Assembly: GCA_030141605.1 (NCBI GenBank) | Contig: JAQGDQ010000079.1 | Coordinates: 62,001 to 126,000, forward strand | From: Tubiluchus corallicola | Taxonomy: Eukaryota > Animalia > Priapulida | Direction: 5' to 3' | Length of the DNA: 64,000 bases | In this document: positions 1-31,800 of the stretch, piece by piece | Numbering within the stretch: the stretch's first letter is position 1 | How the letters are laid out: every line of letters starts with the position of its first letter | The notes under the pieces: generated by a model | Database searches by the model: none | What the model was told of the DNA's origin: nothing | What the model saw: the letters and a program-made list of their open reading frames with translations, nothing else | Made by a program: the position numbers and the translations under genes

Positions 1-49
1 ATTAGAATAAAGGGGAAAAAGAGTTTTGAATAACTTTAACGAAGCATAC

Positions 50-2986
50 ATTTAAAGAGTGCCAATACTTTGAAAACATGGAAGCTGGGCTGGCTCTTGA
101 AGCGTGTTTCCTGTGCACCACAAAAAATGAAACTATTCAAGTAAACATTAAAATTATATATCAAGATGCATCAGCCCACTCGAGTGAAAGTATTACATGC
201 ATAAGCAGTGTTACCGGTACTTTCATGTACTTCTACTACAATTATTATTACCACCAACTGTTGAATTTCTCCAAATATTAAATGCTGCAAATAAAATAAA
301 ATGTAGCATAACTTACCATACACGGTCCAAGCATCAAAAGCTTCAATTTTGTTTTAAACATATCCGAATCCGTTAAACCATCTGCCTTTCTTCTGGTTTT
401 GCCGAAATTTCCCTGTGAAATATTTTTATTGCTGTGAACGTAATCAGTGTCGTGATCGCGTGTTGACAAATGCCATCTATCGCCGTTTTCTGTAAATTCA
501 TCACCTGAATTCGATTCAGACTCGCTTTCGTCGTCTTCATCTTGAATAATGATTTCTGGATTAATGCGGCTGAAAGAAACCTAAGGCACATGAAGCCGAT
601 TTTCTAAGAAGCTATATATAAGAGCTAATAAAAACATTTTAACTATAATTGAAATCGTTTGCGTCTTTTTCTTACTATAACAATAATTATTAATCAGTGC
701 ACATGTTAGGTTTCTGTGTTTTTATTGTTAGACTGAATAGTTAGTAATATTGTTTATTATTTTTGCAGTAGTTATTTACTGTTTTGAAAATAAATTGAGT
801 TATTCATTGAATAATGCTGCTGACATAATCACTAATAATTGCCTTACACCTTGAATAATAATTAATAATAGGATAGTTTGTAATTTAAAAACAATTTAAA
901 TCAAAAATAACAAAAGCTCAAGAATCCTAATAGACACAGTTTTGCAAAAAATTGATTTTCCCAACAAATAATATGAATTCAGGAATATTATGGGTCTACT
1001 TATCTACATTGCACACCCATACAGTATATTGTTTCGAGATTTATTGCAGAAAATAATCAAAAACCATAATAGCGGTTGTTTAGATTGATTTTAACTAGCT
1101 AACCCTATTGTTGGTGGACGTGCTTAATTATTGAACTTTTTTACTTCTGTAATAATCAGTGTAAGAGTGTCTTGCTAATCTTGACTTTATGGTACTTAAC
1201 ATTCTATAAAAAATATAATAATAATTCCTCTCAATATATATAGTTTTATCATAATTATAAAACTGTAAAAATATTCTGATAACTAAAATCAGACCTTCCT
1301 GCATGTATATCTATGAGTTTACTAATTACATTATTATAATTAAAAATTACAAATGTAAAGAATTATTATTGATACTCACGTCATATAGCTAGGATAATTC
1401 GTAATTAAATTTTAAAAAACAAATTTAAGTCGAAAATATAAAAAGCTTGATATTGTTCATGAAAGTTTTTGTAAAAATTGGGTTTTGATAATAAATAATA
1501 TTTAATCCGCGAATATTCTCTATCGGATATAAAAAACTATGTCTCTACCTGTTTACATTGCACTCCTACATTTCTTATTTCCAAAAACTAAAATTAAAAT
1601 TTTTTAGTTTTTTCCTTTAAGTTCGTCTATCTATATATGCACCTAGGCTGATAAGCGCCTAGGAGCTAGAGCCAAACAAAATTTAGAACATATTATCTCA
1701 AAGTTATTATGTGTCCGACACAGAGACATGGAAAACATATCTCTTACGTCTCTGGAACGTACAAAGAAGTATTGATAATTAAATGAATTAATATTTGGAA
1801 ATACAGTATTGTAAAATCAGTTCTTCCATTATGTCAGATAGTTTAAAGCAAATTTTATTAACTCTCAACTTCATTTAATATTGTTCTACTAACCATTGCT
1901 TTTAGTGTGTACAAATACAAGCTAGTGGCACCGTAAGTCGTTTTCTGTACACGATTTTAGGCGGAAATTGTACAATAGTAAATTGGAATATCTTGTTAAT
2001 TGCTTTGTTAAAATCAAATATATTGTGATGTGTGTCCTTCCGACTTATTATAGCAAACATTTTAAATAGACTTCATTATGCTATATATACGAGGCAGTCC
2101 CAGCACTTTTACTGTAAATAAATTTGTGTTATTACAAATTGCAAATAAATAAACTGAAACTTAAACTTAATTGTCGCTTTTTTGCACAATTATGCCTTAT
2201 GTTGTAATTAATATGTATATCGTATGTTGTATGTGGAGAAATGCGCCAGTATGGCGTGTCTTGTGGCACAGTGTTTATACTTATTTACCCTGGTTGCTTG
2301 GACCTGCCAATGAACATTAATGAACATACAGCATTTTCTGTAAACACTAGTTTTAGTTTTGAGCAAATACATTTATTATATCATGCACTAATTTTTCTTA
2401 AAACGTTAACAGGCCGTTTATTACAAGTATGTATAGTAGGCCTAAGGAAAAACTGTTCTTATACTAATGTAATTAATCTGCTTAAGCATCACATTCTAAA
2501 TCGTCTTAATCATCATGTAACCTTGCTTAATAATTATGCGAATATTTTAATTAACTGTACTTGGTTTCTATTCAGCTAATCAATACAACCAAGTAGAAAG
2601 ATGCAGTATTAACAAATTCTGGTTTATTTCGGGTCTGGAGCTTAAGATTATGCCATTTGCATTTGGGGCAAAATTTAAGCACCACGCCTTTCTCGATTAA
2701 ACAATTCTAAAATAAATAAAAAAATGCCAACGTTCCCGACACCTTAATTCTTATTTGTACGAGCAATACCTGCAGCAAATAGCTTTACAGGTATATAACG
2801 CCGAAATATAATAATTAATCGTAATATTCTGAGCGCATTTATGTTTTAGTTTTGTTTCGTAGTTATTGCATTAAATGTAAATTAAAAAAAACTATAACCT
2901 TACGCATTTTTCTCCCCGGCATAACCAGCAGAATCTAATACACCTACATCTTCCACATACCCCCATTCGTCGTCCCTTTCATCCAT
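50..2986 (-). CDS. 5' part of a multi-exon gene that continues off the left edge of the window; probable divergent mucolipin (TRPML)-like channel
   Basis: Phase-compatible GT-AG exons 2986-2904 (MDERDDEWGYVEDVGVLDSAGYAGEKN, GC|gtaagg), 569-317 (ttcag|...RINPEIIIQDEDDESESES...DMFKTKLKLLMLGPCM|gtaagt) and 110-50 (cacag|ETRFKSQPSFHVFKVLALFK|gtatgc). FKTKLKLLMLGPCMETRFK resembles the TRPML pre-S1 motif LRRRLKYFFMSPCDKFRAK. The gene structure is more certain than the family assignment. Confidence 0.55.
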
Positions 2987-4364
2987 TTCTGTCTGGATAA
3001 ATATCACACGAAACACACGTAGATGAACAGAGCCCGAATGCAAAATATTAACACAAATATTCGTAAGGTAAAACAAATAACTTTAAGCCGAAATTTACGC
3101 CACGGTTTTAACCAAATTGCAAAAATGCATATAACCGGCAGCAAACATCATTATTGCAGCTATAGTCACAGACGTTTCACTCCCAACAAGATGTTGTGGC
3201 AGATTCAAGCACAATAGGCTTATCGTAGGTCTACACTGCAGTTACCATGGTAGGTATTGGTACCGTAGTTCAAAATGAGCTTGAATGTCGCAAAACACGC
3301 AGTGGGAAGGCCCATTAATAATTCATAACTTCTGACTCTCTCTTCCTCGACTGTATCAATGTGTGTTATACAGAAATTAATTATTAACCCGCTGTCTAGA
3401 AATCATTTGGTAAACTCTGATTGATTCGTTCCATATAAGACTGCTATGCAAACTTTTTCAATGCTGTTGGCACTCAGTTTGACGTGAAACATAAAATCAA
3501 ATTTTGCAATCATCAGAAATCAAGAAAACTGTGTTAATTTCATGCTCTATGAGCGCCTCCTAATTTTCTGTGTAGAACATGATCAATTCCTGATTTTTAT
3601 GTTTCAAGTTGGCTATTATCATTTATCACAGCTAACTGCTACTGTTAGTAATTTGTTAATCAACTTCAAGTTTTTCAAGGCATACGCAATAAAAACAAGT
3701 CACTCACACAATGCTATTCAGAATTCGGCTGCTCTTTTATTTTTCACTTTCTTAGGCAACATTACAGTAATGTATTCTACACACTTATTGTGCAAAACGT
3801 TACAAGTGACTCTTGAAAACAACAAGAAAAAAAAGAATTAACCTTTCTCGGCAGCTCTGCGATAGTTCCATCACACTTTCAACCATTTTGTACAGGCAAA
3901 CAGCAATATTATTTTGCAAAATTTCACAAAAAACTCTAAAATATGCCTACAGTTTGCCTTGACGAAAGCGCCAAGTACTACCAGGAGACGCGAAATATCG
4001 AAATGCTAGCTCTTTTGGTTCCTTACGCAAGTGGTGTCATTCTCTGTCAACTCATTTTCTTCCTTGATTTTTGTGCATCAGATATTTTCTGATCGACTTT
4101 TTATATTTGGAGATTTTTGCATTGATCGCTCCCAGTTCATACCATCAAACTCTTCATATTCTATTTTAACTGTCTGGTCTAAGCAATGAGGCATCACACC
4201 TGTTAAATTAGCAATAGACTACTGTAACAATATTGTAAGGCAAAGTTTCTGAATGAAACAAACAATTTTAATTCATTGTTATAGAATTCTTCAGAAATGC
4301 TGTTTAGTATGATGAACACAGGTTCGACCTCATAATAACATCTACATCAATCGATAGATATTTT

Positions 4365-4670
4365 TGGTTTATGCGAGTGGCGTGCGACCGCTGTGGGTTC
4401 AATACTCGCTCGAGGAAGTATTATTTGTAAACCTTGGCTGTTTACCTGGAAGAGGCAGGGCGTGTGTACATCTGAATTTGGCGAAGGACAACTCTGCCGG
4501 TCCAGTAGCTCATCGTAGAGAGATATTATTGATAATGAGCCAAGTTTCGCGACAATAGGTCGCAGCACAAGCATCTCAATGAGCAGTCCCTGCCTTTGAG
4601 TGCTGGTTCCGGCTTCATTTGCGCCGAAGTGTGTTATAGTAACATACACGAAGAATCGTATTCTTGGCTA
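4365..4670 (+). mobile_element. possible decayed tRNA-derived SINE
   Basis: GC-richer island with a B-box-like gtgggttcaatactc near 4393-4407; no TSD found. Confidence 0.3.
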
Positions 4671-5212
4671 GATTCACGAAACGAAAGAACTGGCATTTAC
4701 AAAACGGTTAAAAATTGAAGGCACTCAAATGATAATTCAATGCACCTACTGTGGTTTTGTTGAAGAGATTTTTAATCTGGGATGTGAAATATGGTACATT
4801 AATAAAGTTCAACTATAGTCACTCAACTAAGTTGCACACATCATTCTCATTCAGCGAGCGTTAGGAGGCCTATATTCAACGTTCTCAACATTTTGCCTAA
4901 CACATGTAAGGCCACTTGACGATTTTTATATGGTTATCAAAAAATCCTTTAACACAACAAATTCTCAAGTTTGTAACTTGTATGCCTTGCAATAGAGTTT
5001 AAATAGATTTATAAATATCTTACCTTTACCATCAGGATTTGATCTTGGTGTGTAAAAACTTTGTACTCCACAAATCTTGCAGAATGTGTGTTTTGCTTTA
5101 TGTGTGTTAAACGTGTATGTTCTCAACCTATCTTCGCCCTACATGAAACAATGTAGTTTCAAAACAACGACAGAAATTCAGCAAAATTTTGTGTTCCCTT
5201 GGTTTAAAGGAT

Positions 5213-5375
<163 letters not shown>

Positions 5376-5939
5376 TTTGCTACTATGAGTACTCCTCCCA
5401 TTCTCGTTATATCAAAAGTTGTTAAAATGCTGGGTAGAATAAGGTTCTCAGAATTACAACAAGACAAAGCAGCATAATACATAATAATTACTCTCACCTT
5501 CGTTAATTTGAATTTGTTATTCGGTACAATAAAATGATAATTTTGCTTCATCCGACAGATGCTGCAACTATAAAGAAACGTAAGCTTTAAGGTTTATCTT
5601 CCAGAAGTCCGACGTTACAAATTTACAGGCACTTTTTTATCTAGTACTCATGCAAACAGATGGCGCCACACATATATATACATATATATATAACTCAGGA
5701 CCATTACTTGATAAATTGTAAATCCATAAATAATTAGGGTCTAAACAGTTACTTCCAATGTGCCCATAATATTAAATATTGTGAATGATAATGCCATGGA
5801 GATGCATATTAATTAATTAAAACGCCATTATTTACAACTAATAGCAGTCATTTGTCTTTTATTCACTTAAATTAGACATAGATGTAGCTATGATAATTAA
5901 ATTTTACTATATTTAATCTGTAATCATAGTGAAATTTTA

Positions 5940-6089
<150 letters not shown>

Positions 6090-7250
6090 TCACAAGACTC
6101 AAGCGATCCGCTCATTCCACTGACAACGAAAACCGAAAAGACAGAGTGAACTATGGCCTAGCACAGCTAGATTTTGGCATCATAACTAGTTTACCAGAGC
6201 GACCTTGGTCGAAATTCGCGCAATGTATTCTGGGACACTAAAGGCATATGTAAAAACGGGACTCGTGATAAGATAAAAAGGCTAAAAAATTGTCAAAGCA
6301 TGCAAGGGATAGGCCTACATGCACTGTCCTCCGGTCTGTAATTTAACATTAAGTTAACGATGAAAACATAAATAATTTTATTTATGAAACATAAACCTAA
6401 CCAAGTTCATTTATTTTGTGACTTGTTGCTATAAACCTAAATCATGAAACAGAGTAAGAACCAATACGAAATCAGCATTTAAAAAAGCAAAAATGAGATG
6501 CCAGGAATTGCTATAAAATGACATGACTTTAAACGGGTTAAACCGGTTCGCACTAAAGCTTTTATATCATAACACAGCTGATGATCTCAATTGGATTGTA
6601 GCGAGGGTTTAGTTATAGTTACATACAATTAATTACTCTGTACCCAGAACATGCACTACCGGCTTTTTTGGATGTTGAAAATTCATATGTACGGATTACA
6701 AGTACAAGATTGCCACCTTACTTTATAGTTGATGGTAAATAGAAATGGCAGCTCAGCCATTGTGAGATACATCAACCTCTAGATCAAACAATCTAATCTG
6801 GCAAGACTAACTGTTATATAATGCACCCGTACTTTGAAAATATACAAATAAACTGAAAAGTTTCAACGAGAAAATATATTTTTAGTCTCCCACTGCCTAT
6901 ACTGAGAATTTGCACGCTTCCTTGAGAATTTACCTTTGCAGAGAAATGAGAACACCAAGGTAACAATTGATGCAAGACGGCATAGCGCATAATCGCTGAA
7001 AGCATGTCCTTATACTAGACGCGTCAGGTACAATAGCTTGATACGCTGGTGAACAGGTAACTCATCTCTGTCCAAAGCGGAACTGTGTTGTTAATTAGTG
7101 CACATACAACGTGTATAGCCAATTATGTAAAAACTAATGAGAAAAAGCAAGTTTGTTCAATACTGTTTGAATAATGTGATAGTTACTTTGGAAGATACGC
7201 AGTTTTTGGAGTGATCGTCCCGATATATATTCGATACATAAAAAACTATA

Positions 7251-26530
<19,280 letters not shown>

Positions 26531-28885
26531 CAAAACAATTAATCATTTTTAAATTAAATTGTGTAGGAACAGGACAATTAAGTAAAATCAACTGATATTA
26601 AGTAACGTTATTATAAACCATAATTAATCCAATCGACAAATTATTTCAAATCTCACTTCATTCAAACAACAGAAAATCTTGTGTCATAATTATTTTGATG
26701 ACTTTAGTTTTTTGACATTGCCAAAAACGTACTAACTTGAAAATTTACTGCACTCAGTTTTTATACTCGTAGTAATTGTAACTGTTATAATCGTAGTAAA
26801 ATTTATTTTCTATTTACATTTTTAAGACTATTAGAGTAGCACAAATTAATTCTGAATGACAAGAATAGTAACAATAAAAAAATCCAACAGTTACAAAACA
26901 AGAAACAAATAAGAACGAAATGGCTTAGTGTTTCGAACTACCACTGTAGTTCCTCTTTATGTCTAAAAGTGACGTTGATTTTGTTTTTGCGTTTCTTGAT
27001 TGTATTTTTTATTTACTGCGCTTCTGTCTTTCTTCAATGTGCTTGTATCCAAAGTTCCTTGTATCCTTGTAGTTGAGTAGTCTAGTAATTCCATGTAATT
27101 TTTCTTCTTTTTGTCTTTTTTTGTTCATCTGAAGAAGTAAACTACTTGTGTCTTTCTTTCTTTTTCTTTGCCTTTTAATTGTGGGATTTTTTATTTGCGA
27201 TATTAGAGTATTAGACAATTATTGTGAATCAATTAGTAGTACTGATAAGCAGAAAACCGTCCATTTTCTTGCATTACAGCATGCATTCTCGTAAAATGTT
27301 TTTAAATGGTCAGCTGACTGGTTTCAAACACATTAAGTATATAATTTTTATTACAATTTGCTCGCATAAAAACGCAGTCACGTTGTGTATGTAAGATTGT
27401 CGTTTACTTGATCAAGTTGTAAATATTTTACAGACGATGCAAATTTATTTAGACACGATTATAATACATGTACACATTATAGCATAGTTACTTCTCTAGT
27501 TTAAAAAATGTATATTTTAAATTACACCCACATTATGTATAGTAAGTTATACATATATTGTACCATGTATAGGTCATGATGTCTATGTACTGTCTTACAA
27601 GTGCGTAGGATTGGTTTCTTAGATCTATTATTTTATGCGTGTTGAAATAAAATAAATTTTAACTACCTGTAAAAGCATACGAGTTCACTATGATTACAGC
27701 TGGCATTCACACCTGTTGACCTGAAACTGCAGATTTTCTTACTAACTTTTAGCTGTTACACTTTCCTGTTAAACCTTCATTTACAGGCATTTTTATTAAG
27801 CAAGCATTCATACATGATTGTATTAAGAATGCTACTTTCCCTTTATTATGCGATCACACATTATTTTGTTGTTGTTACACATTCACCCACATTATCGTTA
27901 ACCTGCTATTGCACAGAGACTTGTGTTAATTTGGAGTCATGCACACTTTCCATTAAATCTGTATTCACACACAGGTTTTCCTGTAAACCTGCGTTCAGGC
28001 ACAAATTTCCAGGCTAAATGCCAATCACACACACATATTCTGTATTCACACATAACAATTATGTTCCTACTAAGCGCTCTCAAGGTTTTTGCTGCGGCAT
28101 TGCCATTATAAATGTCACTTTACTATGTCACATGAACTTATCTAACATACTAACATGAAAGAAGTTTCACTGTATAGGTATGCTCATAAATACAACATAA
28201 TTATTAGCTCACTCAGCAAAATGTTGACTTTACATCAAAGTAGATTCTACATACAAATTTGATATAAATTACATTAGCACAGCAGAAAAAAATCACATAC
28301 TGTATTTTAAGCACCAAGTTTCTAGACTGGAAGCAGACCAGATCACCATCCGAATTCGTGCCTTACCATTGATTTATCAAAGCATAAATTTGACAATAAA
28401 GTATTAGACTTTGCGCATTACAGCTTTGTTTCAGAATTAATCTAATTTTGTATCTTTTAAAGCATCCAGTCTGCCATAGAGTTTATGGCTTATGGCTAAG
28501 CACAAAAGCCAAAAACTGTACTTTTGATCGAAAACAATCAATCTAGCTGACTAGTGTGTTGCATTTCTTAGTTTTGCATACAATTTACGAAAGACTATAG
28601 TTGGAAAACTTGATTTTTGGGAAACTAGCTATGTGCAAATAATGACAAAATAAAATAAAAAAAATAAAAAAATTAGTTAAACAGACAAAGACAGTGGTTG
28701 AACAATTTGTCAAAATTGCAATATATCAATCAGTTACACATCTGTGACTTTTAGGTTTCTGTAAGGCTGAAATACATAGGAAAAATTAATAAAACCTTAA
28801 AATATAAAACAATAACTAAACAGTACAGTAAGGCCATGAAACTAGCAGTAATACTTCTGTAATTTGAGCACTAAAGATGGAATGG

Positions 28886-31800
28886 TTAGATTTTTTTATA
28901 CACTCTCTTGCAAACCACATCCAGCACAGTCAACTCCTGCAAACAGACAACTATTAGTTATTTAACAGTGTTTAATGAAACAAACAATAATTTTATTTAA
29001 AAAGTTAGAAAAATTATGAAAAGCTTGATTTGCAACTGTAAGGGAAAATAGTCAATGAGTATGTCTACTGAGTCAAGCCCAACGACTCCACATCATCTAA
29101 GAAACAAGTGGCAGATGAATCTCAGAAACGTGTGTGAGGCACCAATGATAGGCCAAAGAGACGGGAAGTCAAAAAGTAAAAAAACAGGCCAGTCTAAAAT
29201 TTGTTCATTTTGGATTAGATTCGAGTAAGCTGGATAAACAAGAACATTCGATTATGTGAGCCAATTCAATTAGACCCGATCTTGACTCATTGCAAAGGTT
29301 TTCGAGCATTCAAAATACGATGCAACTTCATCCCGCTATTCCTATACGTTTTAGTATATGGGAAAGATTAACACAAAAATGCATAGGTTATTAGTGTCTA
29401 TTAGGTTTTGTTGCTTAGTTTTTGCAAATAAGTCACTCAGTATGAGCGATATTAGAAAAACATATTCACCAAAGATATAAAATGTCAGTTTTAGGTGACC
29501 ATTAAATAGGTAATTTTAGGTAACTCATAAAATAGCTCACCATTCTCATCTCATCTTCTGTGAATTCTCGTGTGATTATTGATTCGATGCCATTCTCCTT
29601 GGTGTCTTTCTGTACATGAATAAGTTTATTTCCTTCCCTTGTTATGGTACTCTGGAAAAACATGTAGGTAATGTATACGTCAGCAAAAGACTTATGAATT
29701 GACTATTTTCAACAGGTAATATATATATTGTAAGTATATAGCATATTGTAAGTATATTGAAATATATATATATATTGCATGGAATATATTGCTATATACT
29801 TACAATATATATATATATACAATATACATATGTATTCTGTAATGGGAAGAGGCCAATATTAATTTATGCAGATTTCTTTTGAATGTCAATAACAAATCAA
29901 GCAAATATGCGATTAGGGCAGAACTGGGCCGTTTCCGCATTTTTATTAAAATAATTAAGGATACAATCCGTTATTGGATACGTGTTATTAGCCAACCTTA
30001 TGATAGTTAGAAAGCGCTATATATGTATAGCGAAAACCGAAACTTAGCTGAGAACTGTTTTGTTGGACTACTTTTGTTAAGTATATATTACGTGTATATG
30101 GCTTTGAACTTTTTTGGAATAACCAGACAACATTTTCACCTAAGCAACTACATAATAAATTAGAAGTTAAAATAAAAACTGATTATACTCTGTTTTGGAA
30201 AGAAGAAATCCATAACGATAACAAACCTGATGGACATAACAAACTGCGAAAGTATCGCACCTTCAAAAAACAATATCAACTGGAAAACTATTTACTTTGT
30301 GGTATTCCAAATATGCTGTAACAAAATTTACAAAACTGAGAATCAGCTATCATACTTTGTGTATTGAAAGAGGGAGGTACGTTAAACCTAGAAAAATCCC
30401 GGCTGAGAATCGTATATGCACATATTGTTTAAGAAATGAAATCGAAGACGAATTACACTTTGTTATAAAATGCTCTTACTATAATGGCCTTAGAGAAAAA
30501 TTATATAATCACATCAAAGTAATTATACCATCCTTATGGAGCGATGCTGATAAATTTTTATTCTTGATGGGAATTAATGATTTAGAAGTAATTAAGACAT
30601 TTATTAATTATGTTGAAGTAGCGTTGTTAAGACACGATGAACAATATACTATATTATGATCATATCATTGAAAATGAGGCTTAATGAATGACAATTTATT
30701 TTAAATACTAATCATTAAACTTTTCATTAAACAACTAATATAACTAACAGGAAGATTTAACAACATTTGTTTTATTAGTAATTGTTTTGTTTGTATATAA
30801 TGTCATTATATTTCAAAATTGAACTTGTATGTATTGACACTAATAAATAAATATCTAAATATCTAAATAATTGGAATGTATGTCTGTTCTGACGGTAAGT
30901 CACTTTAATAAAGTAACCCATCGTTAACTACCAAAACAATATAATTTGGAACAATTGCTAAATTATACAAACAGTTTGCTTCTAAGTGTTGCACTGATTG
31001 CAGTGCACACGCTAACACATCACAAATAGTTTCAATTAAGAAGGCAAATGGCCAGATTGTTGTCAAGGAATCCCATGAATGAGTTCAATTCCGCCTCTAC
31101 GATGTCGTTTAGAGTGTTGTTGACTAGTTTTTTCTGGTTCCTATAACCTGCGCAGACCTACGTAGAGGTGCTCAAGTTGTAATCGGGCTTCAATCTGAAG
31201 TCATAAAAATTCGTCATCACCTCTGTACAAGTAACCATTTAACGCTCGCGATTACTATAAGCAGCGTCATATGATCCATCCTGCCAAGTCATGTTATTTT
31301 TTCCTTTTTTATAGTTATGTTCTAATTTAAGTGCGTCATACAGCGATAACTCAACACTTATAGAGTGAGTGTAAAATTAGTGCATTGTGCTTAACTTGTT
31401 AGCTGTGTGATAATCTATGCTTTAATTATTCGTTTGATTATAGCCATCTGTGGGTAATTTAACCCATAGTAATTGTGATAAATTCAGTTTAAAACGTGCT
31501 GTGATAAAAAGTAATAATGTATATATGGGATATACGTGGAAAAGCACCTAAGTGATTATACTAAACTATATTCTTGTGTGGCCACATTTTAATCAATCAG
31601 ATCATGCATAATTTGCACTAGTACAATAAATTTCATAACTGGTCCCAATCTAATAGCACCACAATACCAGGCACGTTGCCACTCCCTTAAACAAAACTAT
31701 AAATTTTGCAAAAAAAGTTTAAAATGGTGTTTTTGCTTTGTGTTTTTCCCCAGTAACATTTAATTAAAAAGCTTAATCATTCAATCAATTCGCATAATTA

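Noticed and set aside
317-361. MFKTKLKLLMLGPCM|gt resembles exon 1 of the small GTPase IFT22/RABL5
   Set aside because: The next exon (110-50) lacks the SGKT P-loop continuation, and the segment is the end of a longer internal exon.
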